Position numbers and translations under genes: made by a program. Below, piece after piece: positions 1 to 10,274 of a DNA stretch of 62,122 bases. This stretch comes from a virus. Lineage: Duplodnaviria > Caudoviricetes. The notes under the pieces are model-generated. The model did no database searches, was not told the origin of the DNA, and was given only the letters and a program-made list of their open reading frames with translations. The stretch spans positions 1 through 62,122 of IMG/VR virus record IMGVR_UViG_3300031152_000001. The stretch is one strand, 5' to 3'. Within the stretch, counting starts at the first letter, position 1; each line of letters starts with the position of its first letter.

Positions 1-160
1 CTTCCTGCAGATACGCAGATGGCCGGTTGGCTTTCCTCTGAGGTAGGGTGAGAGTCCCATCCTCAAGCCAACCGGCCATCCTGCCCGGTAAACGCACGGG
101 CCAGCGAGGCAATGCCGGTCCGAAGGGACCAACCAACTTCCGGCCTGCCTCGCGCCGATG
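1..160 (-). ncRNA. Candidate structured small RNA spanning the junction (continues to ~61975); contains anti-SAS hairpin
   Basis: Upstream TAGCGG-N17-TACCGT (194-166); stems CGAGGCA/TGCCTCG, GCCGG/CCGGC, GGTCC/GGACC and a 13-bp GGCCGGTTGGCTT/AAGCCAACCGGCC; no credible ORF. Confidence 0.5.
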
Positions 161-165
161 ACACA

Positions 166-194
166 ACGGTACGTTGCGCCGGAAACTGCCGCTA
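166..194 (-). promoter_or_regulatory. TAGCGG-class promoter
   Basis: TAGCGG(194-189)-N17-TACCGT(171-166). Confidence 0.55.
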
Positions 195-557
195 CTAGCT
201 CGAAATGACTGTGCGCTCCACGACCTGCTTGACAGCCGGGGCACCGGCGACGCCCAGCGCGCCGATGAACTGGATGATGAGCAGAGAGATCTCGTCACCC
301 GTCAGCCCATCGACGATCATCGACACCAGCAGGTTCAGCACGAGCGTGAGCGCGGCCACGATCGTCTTGGCCTTGTCGAAACCGGTGATGTTGGCTGACG
401 CCCAGACAGTCGCCACGCCGAACAGCGCGATGATGACCATGACCCACTCGCTCCGCGAGACACCGTCTCCGGCCACCTGTCGGTAGGTGGTCAGACCGGC
501 CATTACGATCAGCGCGATCAGGTTCAGGATGGTTTTACCACTCGTTTTCCAACTCAT
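195..557 (-). CDS. Holin-like membrane protein
   Basis: 120 aa, ~4 hydrophobic segments, at end of lysis cassette. Confidence 0.65.
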   Translation of the reverse strand: MSWKTSGKTILNLIALIVMAGLTTYRQVAGDGVSRSEWVMVIIALFGVATVWASANITGFDKAKTIVAALTLVLNLLVSMIVDGLTGDEISLLIIQFIGALGVAGAPAVKQVVERTVISS

Positions 558-601
558 TCGCCAACTCCTCTATTGGGGGATCCTAACCGGAGGATAGTCC
601 T

Positions 602-943
602 CTACTCGTTGCGGACTGGCTGGCAGTTGCTCAGCTTGTAAAGCCTGAGCCAAGTCTTTTGGATGTTGATACCGGACTCGGTGCTGGGAGGCTCCTCGCG
701 GTACCCATCCAGGATCGCGGCGAACAGCTGACAGGTCACCTTCCTGGCCTCCTCTCGCGCTACGTTCGCTGCCGCCTGTGCCTGTGCGGCTGCCTCGATC
801 TGCTCAGCGGCAGCCCGTTTCTGCTGTCGATCTGCATTGTTTTCTGCGATCTTCACAGAAGCCAGAACAGAGAGGATCGGCGACAGGATCACCAACAGGA
901 TCGCTGGCACCAACCACTTCGCAGGAACGGTAAGTGGGGTCAT
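602..943 (-). CDS. Membrane-anchored lysis-cassette protein
   Basis: Probable start MTPLTV; N-terminal TM, Ala/Gln coiled region, two Cys. Confidence 0.55.
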   Translation of the reverse strand: MTPLTVPAKWLVPAILLVILSPILSVLASVKIAENNADRQQKRAAAEQIEAAAQAQAAANVAREEARKVTCQLFAAILDGYREEPPSTESGINIQKTWLRLYKLSNCQPVRNE

Positions 944-956
944 CGCATCGCCAGGA

Positions 957-1235
957 TTAGGAAGATGGCGAGGAGGCTGAGTCCGCTGGCGCCGACTGCG
1001 ACCCACCGGTACCAGTGCGGCGTCGGAACACGCTTGCCACGGCGGATCCGGCGATTATCAGACCTGGCGTCCCGATCACCGTTCCCGCGAACACCAGAAC
1101 CGAGTCCCTGACCTCCGGCCGCGAGACCTCCATAAAAACCAAGATCCAGCCCGCGCAGAACATGACCACGTCCCGTACCAGTATCCACAGGGCGGGCCAA
1201 CGCGGGTCTGGGCGTTGCTCCTCGCTTCCGCTCAC
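957..1235 (-). CDS. Two-TM membrane protein (lysis cassette)
   Basis: 92 aa, two hydrophobic helices, basic tail. Confidence 0.55.
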   Translation of the reverse strand: MSGSEEQRPDPRWPALWILVRDVVMFCAGWILVFMEVSRPEVRDSVLVFAGTVIGTPGLIIAGSAVASVFRRRTGTGGSQSAPADSASSPSS

Positions 1236-1265
1236 TCATGATCCGCCTTTAGGGGAGTAGGAAAA

Positions 1266-1295
1266 GGGCTGGGGCGAGTCTATCCGCCCCAGCCC
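1266..1295 (-). terminator. Intrinsic terminator
   Basis: GGGCTGGGGCG/CGCCCCAGCCC stem followed by TTTT on minus strand. Confidence 0.65.
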
Positions 1296-1312
1296 CTCTC
1301 GCGCTCGAATCC

Positions 1313-1522
1313 TCAGGTCAGGACACGGATCCAGCCGTCGATCACGGTCTGATCGTCCAGGATGTCGGTGAACAGATGCACCAGGTGCGACTCTTGGCCC
1401 TCTCGGTATGCAATACCCTTGTACGGCAGAGCCCACGGCCCATAGCCGTACGTCTTGATATCGTCGCGTGCCTCCTGCTCCGTTTCGAACTTGGAGGCAT
1501 CGACAGTGACGATCGTCGCCAT
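1313..1522 (-). CDS. Hypothetical protein
   Basis: 69 aa, abuts endolysin stop. Confidence 0.55.
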   Translation of the reverse strand: MATIVTVDASKFETEQEARDDIKTYGYGPWALPYKGIAYREGQESHLVHLFTDILDDQTVIDGWIRVLT

Positions 1523-2289
1523 CAGCGCTCGGTCGGTCCCGCGGTCGCGGTGGCCAGCAGCCGGTCCATCTTGGCCTGGAGATCCCGGATCAGCGGCAGC
1601 AGGGCATCGGTACCGGCGTGCGCAGCCTTGCCCTCGTTGTAGCCGTTCCGGACCATCGAGTTGATGGACCAGGTGGGGTTCTTACCGTCCGGGTCGGTGC
1701 CGGGCGGAGCCGTCAGGATGTCGGCGTTGATCACAGCGTTGGCGATCTCGTCCAGCTGGTCCTTGACGGCCGCGATGGCCTGCTTCTTGACTTCGTTGGT
1801 GATCCAGGTCTTGTCCGCTGTGGTCAGACTCACGGGGATGTCCTCCAGGTGCCAGGAAGCCGTGCTGGCTTCGAGCGAGGTGGTGTAGGACGCGCTGAAG
1901 TGTGCGTGCTCGGTGTGCGGCGACGGCCCGGTGTACGCCTTCTGCACCCAGTCGCTGCTGGCGGACCAGATCCGCCGGTTGTAGATGACATACCGGAGTC
2001 GCTTCTCTTGCCCGGAGCGGCAGCGGCCCAGAATGAACTGGACCACCTTCTCCATCGTCAGATCAGACTCGTTGAGGTTGTTGTCCACGTCGATCGCGTG
2101 GACCTCGTTGGTCTTGTCCGCGTCATGGATCGGGACGCTGCCGACCTCATCCGGGTTGTGGTCCGAGACGGACTGCTGGTGCGCCGTGTCGCCGATCGCA
2201 CCATCACTGGACTTGTCGCGGCTCGACGCAATCTTGTTGAATGCATCGAACAGGGACTGCAGCGCGGGAATGAGTACCCAGCTAGCCAT
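1522..2289 (-). CDS. Endolysin, M15-like Zn peptidase
   Basis: SDHNPD...HAIDVD...YVIYNRRIW...HTEHAHFS motifs; AGGAGG RBS; upstream of holin-like genes. Confidence 0.8.
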   Translation of the reverse strand: MASWVLIPALQSLFDAFNKIASSRDKSSDGAIGDTAHQQSVSDHNPDEVGSVPIHDADKTNEVHAIDVDNNLNESDLTMEKVVQFILGRCRSGQEKRLRYVIYNRRIWSASSDWVQKAYTGPSPHTEHAHFSASYTTSLEASTASWHLEDIPVSLTTADKTWITNEVKKQAIAAVKDQLDEIANAVINADILTAPPGTDPDGKNPTWSINSMVRNGYNEGKAAHAGTDALLPLIRDLQAKMDRLLATATAGPTER

Positions 2290-2322
2290 AAAGCCTCCTT
2301 TCGTCGCTAGCGTAACGCGTTG

Positions 2323-2577
2323 TCAGGAGATTGTTCTAGTCACGCCCATCATCGTTAGGGAGGTGATCTCCCATTCCGAGTTCATGGCCCAGCCGCCTGC
2401 TGGCGCACCACCCCTCGCGATGTCATTCTGGATATAGTCGCTAGCCATGATGGCTTCGGCCAGCTCCGTCACCTGAGGATCGGTGAGGTCCTGGGAAACA
2501 TCTCCCACGGTCACACCAGCGCTCAGGTTTCCGTCGTTCTCGCTCAAGCGCTCGAAGATCATTTGCAGGAAAGCCAT
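2323..2577 (-). CDS. Hypothetical protein
   Basis: 84 aa between tail and lysis genes. Confidence 0.5.
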   Translation of the reverse strand: MAFLQMIFERLSENDGNLSAGVTVGDVSQDLTDPQVTELAEAIMASDYIQNDIARGGAPAGGWAMNSEWEITSLTMMGVTRTIS

Positions 2578-2599
2578 TTGCTGTGATCCATCCTATGAG

Positions 2600-3130
2600 T
2601 TAGGGGACAACTACCAAATCTATGAACATGTACGAGGGACGTGATCCGGACGCCCGGTATTGATAAGTACCGGTTCCAGCCACGCGCGTCACCGTGCAGA
2701 AGAATGTCTTGCTGGCCGTTGCAACAGAGGTGTGTTCTGCTACCATCGAGGTATTGGTACCGTTGAGATCGATGACCGGGATGTTGGTCATAAAATTGAT
2801 ACTTCGCATTTGCGTTCCGCCGATGGTGTCCTGCCGGATCCGCGCAATCAACTCATCATTCAGGACCGTTCCGCTGACCGCGGTGTGGAAGCTGACTTGG
2901 TACGTCCAGCCGCTGATTAGGCCCGTGGTGATCGAGCCCAGGGCAGTCTCGGCTGCTGTGAAGGTCGCGGAGTCGGCTGTGACCGAAACCTTCTGTTTCC
3001 TGGCTACCGCAATAACCTCGACTTTGTTCATCCGAGTGTCGAGGTCATTGATGGCGTTCCGAACCGCGTTGCCGTATAGGGAGGCGGAAAGGTTCTGGCC
3101 CTGGATCGGAGTTGCAATTGTATATGCCAT
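2600..3130 (-). CDS. Minor tail protein
   Basis: Thr/Ser-rich beta-type composition; follows large tail gene. Confidence 0.6.
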   Translation of the reverse strand: MAYTIATPIQGQNLSASLYGNAVRNAINDLDTRMNKVEVIAVARKQKVSVTADSATFTAAETALGSITTGLISGWTYQVSFHTAVSGTVLNDELIARIRQDTIGGTQMRSINFMTNIPVIDLNGTNTSMVAEHTSVATASKTFFCTVTRVAGTGTYQYRASGSRPSYMFIDLVVVP

Positions 3131-3133
3131 TTC

Positions 3134-6100
3134 CTATGCTCCCCAAACCGCGTTGTCCCAGCTGCTAGCGTCCCAGACGCCAACAGCATCAATCTCAATC
3201 AGCTTGAGAGTCTGCAAATACGCCGGACCATCGGTATCGTGGTCGACCGAAAGCACGCGCCAATTACCCGACACCATCGTCCCCTGCGCATCCAACAGGG
3301 TCACGGCCTGCCCGGGCTTCCGCCGCGGGTCGCCCATCACCGTCGTTACCAGCTCCGCTCGCTGCCGGGACAGCTGGTTGGCCATGTGCAAACCGACCTC
3401 TTGCGCAGCGAACCGGTTCTGCACCCAGGTCAGCTCTGTCTCCAGCGCCCGCACTCCGCGGATGGCGACGGAGGAATCATCCCGCACCGTGGAATAGGCG
3501 TCAGAGGTCCGGAAGCCATATCCCAGGATCTGCATGAATGGAACCTGGTCCCCATTGTTGACCAGATACACCGTCGCGCCGGTTAGATTGCTGAACTGGA
3601 TCGTGACCGAGTTCGCATCCCAGGCAACGAACACAGCGCTGACGATGTTGGAGGGCCAGACAGTTCCAGTGCCGTCGGTCGCGCTATTGATCGTCACGTA
3701 ATGGCTTGTGAGTGGGAGCGGTCCGGAAGTGATCTGTGCTGCGGTCAGGTTTGCAATCGCCCAGGTGCTACCGGGCGTGGAGTCCTGATTGAGCTGGCCG
3801 TGGATCTCCACAACGGGCGTGTCTAGCGGAAAGGTGATCTGGGAGAGCCCGGGGGATATCGCGGTTGCCGCGGAATAGAGCAGCACGGGCAGCTGGTTCG
3901 TATCGATCCGCGAGTCCTTGAATTGGACCGTGATCACATTTCGGATCTTTCCCGGATCAATCGCCACATCCATATCGGATGCGTCCTTCTCGGTGCTGTG
4001 GACTGCTATCGGAGTCACCTGCGTCGGCTCGCCCCAGTGGAACATGGTAAGCCATTCGATGACGTCTGCCTCGTTGCACCGATACGACGCGAGCGCAGCG
4101 CGTGAGACCTGTGCCAGCGTGTCCCAGGCGTTGACCGCCGTCGACTCCGCGATGCCGGATATCTCAGTGTGCGCGGCCCAGACCTTCGAGTTAGCGCCCG
4201 GCGACATAGGCGTGGGGTAGTGGTTGTTCCACTGCCCTACCGCATATACCTCGCCGAAGTCCAGCAGGATGTCAGAGATCGGCATATGCGATGAGAGGTA
4301 AAGCCCTCGCTGATCTCCACGCGCTCTGCCGGCGGCATCAGTAGAAGGAAGTCCTGTGGTGACGTTGTTACCATTCGTCGCCCAGGTGGTGGCCGTGATC
4401 GTGACGCCGTTGCAATTGGCGCCGCCACTGCCTGCCGCAAAGTCCCAATGGATCCCGTAGAAGTTCCAAGATCCGTCAGTCGGCAAAGGCGTGTGGACGA
4501 AAGACACCGAGCTGTAGCCTGCGGCGTCAGATCCCATTTTGAGATATGGGTTGCGGCTGTTGCTTGCAATTCCCAGCTCGATATACCCGAGGAATCCACC
4601 ACCAATCGATGCAGCCTGATTCAGCGGAATGATCACCTTGAAAAGGAAATCGTCCGCAGAGTTCGCATAGCCCGGAGCTGAAGTGGCCGCGTCTCCACGC
4701 ATCCAGAATTGGATCTTGCCTCGCGAATTGGCGAGCGAGAACTGATCCATCATCAGCGGACCGGTCCCGCCATTCTCGAACAGGTGCGGGAAATCATCCG
4801 TGGTCTGCTTGTAGAGGTGATGCTTGGGCTGCATCGTAATCTCTTGAATCTCGGTAGCGCTTTGCTGCCCGTACATGGCAGTCAGCCACTTACCGTTCAC
4901 CACCTCCGGGAAGCGCCTGCCCTTTCGAGCCAGCGACGTCGTGGTGTTGATATAGTAGGCGTTGTTGTACCCGTAAGGTGTGTCCCAGTGCGCGTGTGTC
5001 GAGCCGTACATCGGAGCCCAATACTGCGAATACTGGTTCGGTGCCGTTCCGACGAATGCACCGCCCCGCGCCATAAGGTAGGTCGCGATCCAGTCCAGCG
5101 TACAATTCTCGCGCTGTCCACTTACCATCGGGAGCGCGATGGATCGATTCATATCCATCCGCGACTTACTCACCGCGTTGAGTGCAGCCGACCTCCCCTG
5201 GATCGGGATGTCCTGCATCAGCCCCTCGAAGACTGCGGTATCCGTCTGACCGTCAGAGGTCAGCACACGCATCGCAGCAGTCACCTGCGCGGTGTCACGG
5301 TCCCAGCCGTACACCGGAGAGTCGGTGTTGAATGGCGAGAAGTACTGCCTGCCGTCCCAGCGCGGACGCTCAAACGGCTCCAGCGCGAATACGCCAGCGA
5401 CTGCTACGGCGTTTGCAACTGCCTGCGCGGATGCCCAACTATACGTCCCAGAGTCGGATAGCGCGGAGATCGCACCCATCACAGTCAGCCCGTTAGCGGA
5501 CTGCTGCCCCAGCTGGGTCAATCCCGCTCCGGCCGTCCAGGCGTTGCCACTCGCCGCACCGTAGAACGTCAGGAAGTAACCCTTGTTGTCGAGCTGTGCA
5601 CCGCTGATGGTCAGCGTCGGCCCGGCACCGCCCTGATTAGCCATGTTCTTGTGCGACAGCTTGAAGTCCATCGGAATATCGGTTGGATTCCGCGACCAAA
5701 GCGCGATCGAGAACGCCATGTAGTCGACTGGCTTGTCAGTAGTCAGCTCCAGCTGTGGGACTCCGGTCCGCCAGCGTCGCTTGGCGAAGAACCAGAACGC
5801 CAAAGGGGCATCCTGGATGAAGCCGACAATCTCCCATTGGTTCTTGGGATCCATCGTGGTCTGTAGTACCGAGGCTGTGTTGTCATCGATCAGCACCGCA
5901 GCGAAGATGTAGTCGTCGCGAAGCGCACCAGTCGGGATCGGAGCCGTGATCGTCGTCACCGCGGCGCCGGAGTCCCAGCTACCGCCTGCGGCATCGAAGG
6001 TCCGGGTACCGGAAGTTGACAGCACCAGGCCTTCTCGCCCAGTCATTTCGGCTTGCAGGATGCCGGAGGCGTCCGCGTCGCCGGTCGCTGTGACCGGGTC

Positions 6101-6286
6101 CGGCAGCCCATCGGCGAGCGAATGGTTGATGGTCATCCGGCCGGTGAACTGCGGGCTCAGGTCGGTCGGCGTGTCGGAATTGATGGATCCGTCGCTGGCC
6201 CCATCACTCTCTCGCCAGAGCGCCTTGATCTGGTGCGGCCCGAGAACTACCGAGGACTCACCAAGCGCATCATCCAGCGCTGTCAT
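3134..6286 (-). CDS. Large minor tail/baseplate hub protein
   Basis: 1050 aa; C-terminal GDPRRKPGQ...WRVLSVDH tail-protein pattern; WDASSWD end; synteny. Confidence 0.8.
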   Translation of the reverse strand: MTALDDALGESSVVLGPHQIKALWRESDGASDGSINSDTPTDLSPQFTGRMTINHSLADGLPDPVTATGDADASGILQAEMTGREGLVLSTSGTRTFDAAGGSWDSGAAVTTITAPIPTGALRDDYIFAAVLIDDNTASVLQTTMDPKNQWEIVGFIQDAPLAFWFFAKRRWRTGVPQLELTTDKPVDYMAFSIALWSRNPTDIPMDFKLSHKNMANQGGAGPTLTISGAQLDNKGYFLTFYGAASGNAWTAGAGLTQLGQQSANGLTVMGAISALSDSGTYSWASAQAVANAVAVAGVFALEPFERPRWDGRQYFSPFNTDSPVYGWDRDTAQVTAAMRVLTSDGQTDTAVFEGLMQDIPIQGRSAALNAVSKSRMDMNRSIALPMVSGQRENCTLDWIATYLMARGGAFVGTAPNQYSQYWAPMYGSTHAHWDTPYGYNNAYYINTTTSLARKGRRFPEVVNGKWLTAMYGQQSATEIQEITMQPKHHLYKQTTDDFPHLFENGGTGPLMMDQFSLANSRGKIQFWMRGDAATSAPGYANSADDFLFKVIIPLNQAASIGGGFLGYIELGIASNSRNPYLKMGSDAAGYSSVSFVHTPLPTDGSWNFYGIHWDFAAGSGGANCNGVTITATTWATNGNNVTTGLPSTDAAGRARGDQRGLYLSSHMPISDILLDFGEVYAVGQWNNHYPTPMSPGANSKVWAAHTEISGIAESTAVNAWDTLAQVSRAALASYRCNEADVIEWLTMFHWGEPTQVTPIAVHSTEKDASDMDVAIDPGKIRNVITVQFKDSRIDTNQLPVLLYSAATAISPGLSQITFPLDTPVVEIHGQLNQDSTPGSTWAIANLTAAQITSGPLPLTSHYVTINSATDGTGTVWPSNIVSAVFVAWDANSVTIQFSNLTGATVYLVNNGDQVPFMQILGYGFRTSDAYSTVRDDSSVAIRGVRALETELTWVQNRFAAQEVGLHMANQLSRQRAELVTTVMGDPRRKPGQAVTLLDAQGTMVSGNWRVLSVDHDTDGPAYLQTLKLIEIDAVGVWDASSWDNAVWGA

Positions 6287-7215
6287 ATCGCCAACTCCCG
6301 CAGCGTCATGTTGAGATTCCGCCGCATCCGCGCCTCAAACGGCACGGTATCGGTCAGACTCAAGATCTCTACCGCGCGGAGCCCGGTTCCCGGCGCCCAG
6401 TTGTTGGCGATGCTGTCTTGCTCCAGCAACGGTTCATCCACGTACACAGATCCGTTTGTAGTCATGGTGGATCCGGTCATGGACAGGATCGGCCGCATGT
6501 AGGCCGTGTTGGCCGGAGCGGTCCCCGTCGCCGTCAGCCGCTGCCAAGCCGTTACCGCGGTCACACCTCCAACTGTGGTGCTGAGGGTCGCTCCGGCTGA
6601 GTCCAGCCACTCGATGTTGGCTGACAGACTGACGTTGGAGTCCACCACGCCATCCGGCTTGGTCCACAGGCTCCAGGTATACGGCAGACCTACCATTGCC
6701 GGGATCCCGAACCAGTTCCGGTACGGCGGCAGGAACCGCAACACCGGAGTCGTCGCAGCCGTCACCAGGAACTGCCACCGCAGGCTGCGCCGTCCGCCGG
6801 TACGATGGATCTGTGCAGCTGCAGAATTGCTGGACAGAACTCCCATATCTGCAGCGCCCGTTGAAGTGCCGAAGTTGCTCGTGTCGTTCAGCACACCGGT
6901 TGCCGCAGATTGGTTGGGAAGCAACAGGTTCGGCATGCTGGGATCGATGAAGGCCCAGGGTCCAACTCCGTTGGCGCCGATCCAGTACTGCGTGATCGCG
7001 GTGAACGTATCGATGTGGAGGGCATTCCAGCTCACAACCGGAGCCCTTGCCCCCTGCGCCAGCATTGATACCGCATGCTGGCCGGAGCCCGTGACGAAGT
7101 CAAACGCCGGTCGCTCGTACGGCTTGTCGAGGTCCCCGCGGGGCCACGGCATCGTCACCAACGAACCGGGGCGTCCGAAGTAGACACTTGGCACCTGACG
7201 CTCAGAGCGCGCCAT
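6283..7215 (-). CDS. Distal tail protein with carbohydrate-binding-like insert
   Basis: Directly after tape measure; NLLLPNQ...WQRLTATGTAPANTAY...YVD jelly-roll pattern. Confidence 0.7.
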   Translation of the reverse strand: MARSERQVPSVYFGRPGSLVTMPWPRGDLDKPYERPAFDFVTGSGQHAVSMLAQGARAPVVSWNALHIDTFTAITQYWIGANGVGPWAFIDPSMPNLLLPNQSAATGVLNDTSNFGTSTGAADMGVLSSNSAAAQIHRTGGRRSLRWQFLVTAATTPVLRFLPPYRNWFGIPAMVGLPYTWSLWTKPDGVVDSNVSLSANIEWLDSAGATLSTTVGGVTAVTAWQRLTATGTAPANTAYMRPILSMTGSTMTTNGSVYVDEPLLEQDSIANNWAPGTGLRAVEILSLTDTVPFEARMRRNLNMTLRELAI

Positions 7216-10028
7216 CAGTTCCCCTTCCCGGTGAACGCCTGCTTGCGCTCTCCCTCTTTGGCTGCCTTGGAGACTACCTTGGGGTTCCCGGTGACAGTGT
7301 CAACCACAAATGCGGCGACCACCTTACCGTCCAGATCCAAGTTATACGGACCAAACTCCCTAGTCTGTGTCGTGGCATCGGCTGCACGTCGTGCGGGGAA
7401 GGCGTTCATTCCAACGCTCATGGCAGCGGCGCCAGCGGTGGTGGGTAGCTGTACCGTCGGCTGGATGACTGTGCTAGCGAGCACCTTACCCATCCGAGCC
7501 ACATCGGTCAGCTGATCCCGCAGGCCCAGGATCAAGCCCTTGCCGATGTTGACGCCGGACTTGAAGAACTCCCGCGACGGCGAGAAGATCGACAGAGCCG
7601 CGTTGAAGGCGCTCTTCACGCGATTCGCCAGGCCCTGCACCATTCCCAGCACGCGGCTGATCCCGGAGCTGATACCGTTTGCGAGACCGTTGATGATGGA
7701 CTGCCCAGAGCCTCGCAGGAGACTGCCGACGCTTCCCAGCGCCGACCGGATCCGGCCTGGGATCCCGCGGACGAAGGAGATCACGTTGTTGGCGCCACTG
7801 ACCACAGCACTCCGGAACGAACTCCAAGCGCTCCGCGCCAGCGAGGTGATCTGGGATCCCAGTGAGCTCAGCGCCGACCGAATCCGCTTGGGGAGGTTGG
7901 CGAAGAACGATACAATCCCATTCCAAGCCGAAACCGCAGCAGCTCGGATCGAGCGCCATAGGTTGGCGAAGAATGACATCAGTGTACCGGCGATCGACCT
8001 GATGGCGTTGAAGATTGCGTTGGGCAGCTTCGTGAACAGCGCCACAATCAGGCCCAGCGCGAATCCGACTCCGGTAGCAACTGCCTTGAGGTTGTCGACG
8101 AAGAAGCTCAGCAGGAAGCCGGGCAACGCCTTGATAGCGTTGAGGATCAGGCCGGGCAGCTTGGTGAACCAACCGATGATGAAGCTACCGGCCGATACCA
8201 CGCCGTTGTACGCCGCTGTTACCGCGCCAACCAGACCGTTCACTAGACCGCTGATGAAAGCCGGGATGATGCCGATCAGGGCCTGAATCGCAGCGGCAAA
8301 CTGCAAGCACCAGGTCACCAGCCGGAGCCCGAACAGCGCCACCTGTGCGATGATCGGGGCGAGCGTCACGAATGCCTTGACGAGAGTCGGGATCAGCGGT
8401 ATCAACGCCTGTAGTGCAGTAACCAGCTGGCCCGCCACCGCTTTGGCGAACTCCACGAACACTGGCATCAGGTCCCGCGATGCCTTCAGCAGCTCCGGCA
8501 TGACCTGCAGCAGCGACTCCGCGATCACCTGCGCCAGCTGCACGATCACCGGGATCAGCGGCGCAAAGGCCTGCGCCAGTTGGACTCCAGCTTCCGCTGC
8601 GAGCGGCAGGCCCTTGGCCATCTCACGGATGACGGGCTGGAATGCCTCGAATGCTTGCGTCAAGCCCTGCGAAACGATCTCGATCAGCGGACCAAGTTCG
8701 GACACCACTGCATTGATGGCATTCGCCAGTACTCCGGCGAGCAGAGCCACGATCTGCGCCAGCGGCGGCAGGAGGGGAGCGAGAGCCGTCAGGAGGTTAA
8801 CGGCAGCGTCGACGAGTGGACCGAACGCCGGAGCGAGCCGCTTGATCACGTCCAGCAGCACCGGCCCGAACTCCGTGGCAATCTTCGCCATGGCCGGACC
8901 GAGGGCACCGGCGAGTACCTTCACCAGCGTGGTGAAAATCGGCGCCAATTGCTTGGCGAGCGCCATGATCCCGCTGAACAGCGTCCGGATTGCCTCGCTG
9001 CCCTCAGCCGACTTCAGGAACCTGGCAAACTCCCCGGTGATCTCGGCAATCACATTCAGCAGCCCACCGCCGGTTGAGGCTGCGGCCGAAATCACCGAAG
9101 TCAGGATCGAGCCGACGTTGGAGACGATCGTCCCCAACGTCTTCAGCGTCGACAGTGCCAGATCGATCCAGGCCTGCAACCGACCATCATTCGCGACCTG
9201 TGTCAGCCAATCGCCGAACTTCCCAGCCACCGTACTGGCAGCATCCGCCAGACGTACCAACAGAGGCAGACCGACCTGACCTACGTCCCGCAGACCCGTC
9301 AGGATGGAAATGAGTGGGGTTCCCGCACCTGCGAGCGCTCCGCGCAGCACATTCACGGAATCGCTGACAAACCCAATCGACTCCGGACTGAGACCGAACT
9401 CCACCAACCGCTTGGTAAGTCCGCCGAAGTCGCCTGCCAGTCCGCTCAGCATCGGCCGGAGCGATCCCAACGCCTTAACCGCACCGGGCATCGCTGACGC
9501 CAGATCAGCCGCCCTGAAGAACGCATCCTGCAGCCCCTGTTGGAACTCCTTCAGCGCCGGGACAGAAGCCTTGACGGCCTTGGCGAACTTCTGCGCCTCC
9601 GGCGACAGCTCCTTCAGCGCCTTCTCAAACTTCTCGGGGTGCTCGGTGTCGAATGCAGCCTTGACAGCGTCGCCCACTCCAGCGAGCGCTGCCTTCATCG
9701 TCAGCAGCGCCGCGATGCCGCCCGCATAGAGCCCGGGCAGCGCGGCCGACAGTGAGAGGATCGATAGCAGCGATGGGATCATCCCGAGGATCTGGATTCC
9801 CAGCGCTGCAGCAGATATCGCCGCGTTGGAGAGCGCTACAGCGAGTCCGCCCAGCTTGACGCCGGAGCCCAGCAGGCTGAGAGTCTTTCCCAGCTTACCA
9901 AGCTCCTTGTCACCAGTCTTGGACTTCCGCTCCAGCTTGTCGATGTCCTTCTCGGCTGCTCTGGTAGCGTGCTCACCGTCGTAGTCGAGCGTGATCTTGC
10001 CGTGCGCAGTCCCCAAGTCGTACGACAC
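7215..10028 (-). CDS. Tape measure protein
   Basis: 937 aa helical Ala/Leu-rich protein with Trp-spaced repeats; follows tail chaperones. Confidence 0.92.
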   Translation of the reverse strand: MSYDLGTAHGKITLDYDGEHATRAAEKDIDKLERKSKTGDKELGKLGKTLSLLGSGVKLGGLAVALSNAAISAAALGIQILGMIPSLLSILSLSAALPGLYAGGIAALLTMKAALAGVGDAVKAAFDTEHPEKFEKALKELSPEAQKFAKAVKASVPALKEFQQGLQDAFFRAADLASAMPGAVKALGSLRPMLSGLAGDFGGLTKRLVEFGLSPESIGFVSDSVNVLRGALAGAGTPLISILTGLRDVGQVGLPLLVRLADAASTVAGKFGDWLTQVANDGRLQAWIDLALSTLKTLGTIVSNVGSILTSVISAAASTGGGLLNVIAEITGEFARFLKSAEGSEAIRTLFSGIMALAKQLAPIFTTLVKVLAGALGPAMAKIATEFGPVLLDVIKRLAPAFGPLVDAAVNLLTALAPLLPPLAQIVALLAGVLANAINAVVSELGPLIEIVSQGLTQAFEAFQPVIREMAKGLPLAAEAGVQLAQAFAPLIPVIVQLAQVIAESLLQVMPELLKASRDLMPVFVEFAKAVAGQLVTALQALIPLIPTLVKAFVTLAPIIAQVALFGLRLVTWCLQFAAAIQALIGIIPAFISGLVNGLVGAVTAAYNGVVSAGSFIIGWFTKLPGLILNAIKALPGFLLSFFVDNLKAVATGVGFALGLIVALFTKLPNAIFNAIRSIAGTLMSFFANLWRSIRAAAVSAWNGIVSFFANLPKRIRSALSSLGSQITSLARSAWSSFRSAVVSGANNVISFVRGIPGRIRSALGSVGSLLRGSGQSIINGLANGISSGISRVLGMVQGLANRVKSAFNAALSIFSPSREFFKSGVNIGKGLILGLRDQLTDVARMGKVLASTVIQPTVQLPTTAGAAAMSVGMNAFPARRAADATTQTREFGPYNLDLDGKVVAAFVVDTVTGNPKVVSKAAKEGERKQAFTGKGN

Positions 10029-10274
10029 TATCGATACCTCCTGGTGCTAGGCACCCATCTACGAACTACGGCATCTGCTTTTCGCTCTGCCTCGGTCCTG
10101 CTTTTCGCGTCCGCAGCGGCTGCCTCTATGGCCGCCTGAAAAGCCGTTCCCCAGCGGACCACAGCCGTGTCGAGCGCATAGGCTTCAAGCCCTTGCAGCC
10201 CAACAGATTCGGAGTAGGTCTTGCCGGTTGACTTCATCAGCGTCCATGCCCGGAGCAGGTTATCCGGCGTGACG
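10028..10274 (-). CDS. Tail assembly chaperone C-terminal ORF (probably reached by frameshift)
   Basis: Frame open upstream of ATG 10237 and overlapping end of chaperone at CGA TTT CGT. Confidence 0.6.
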
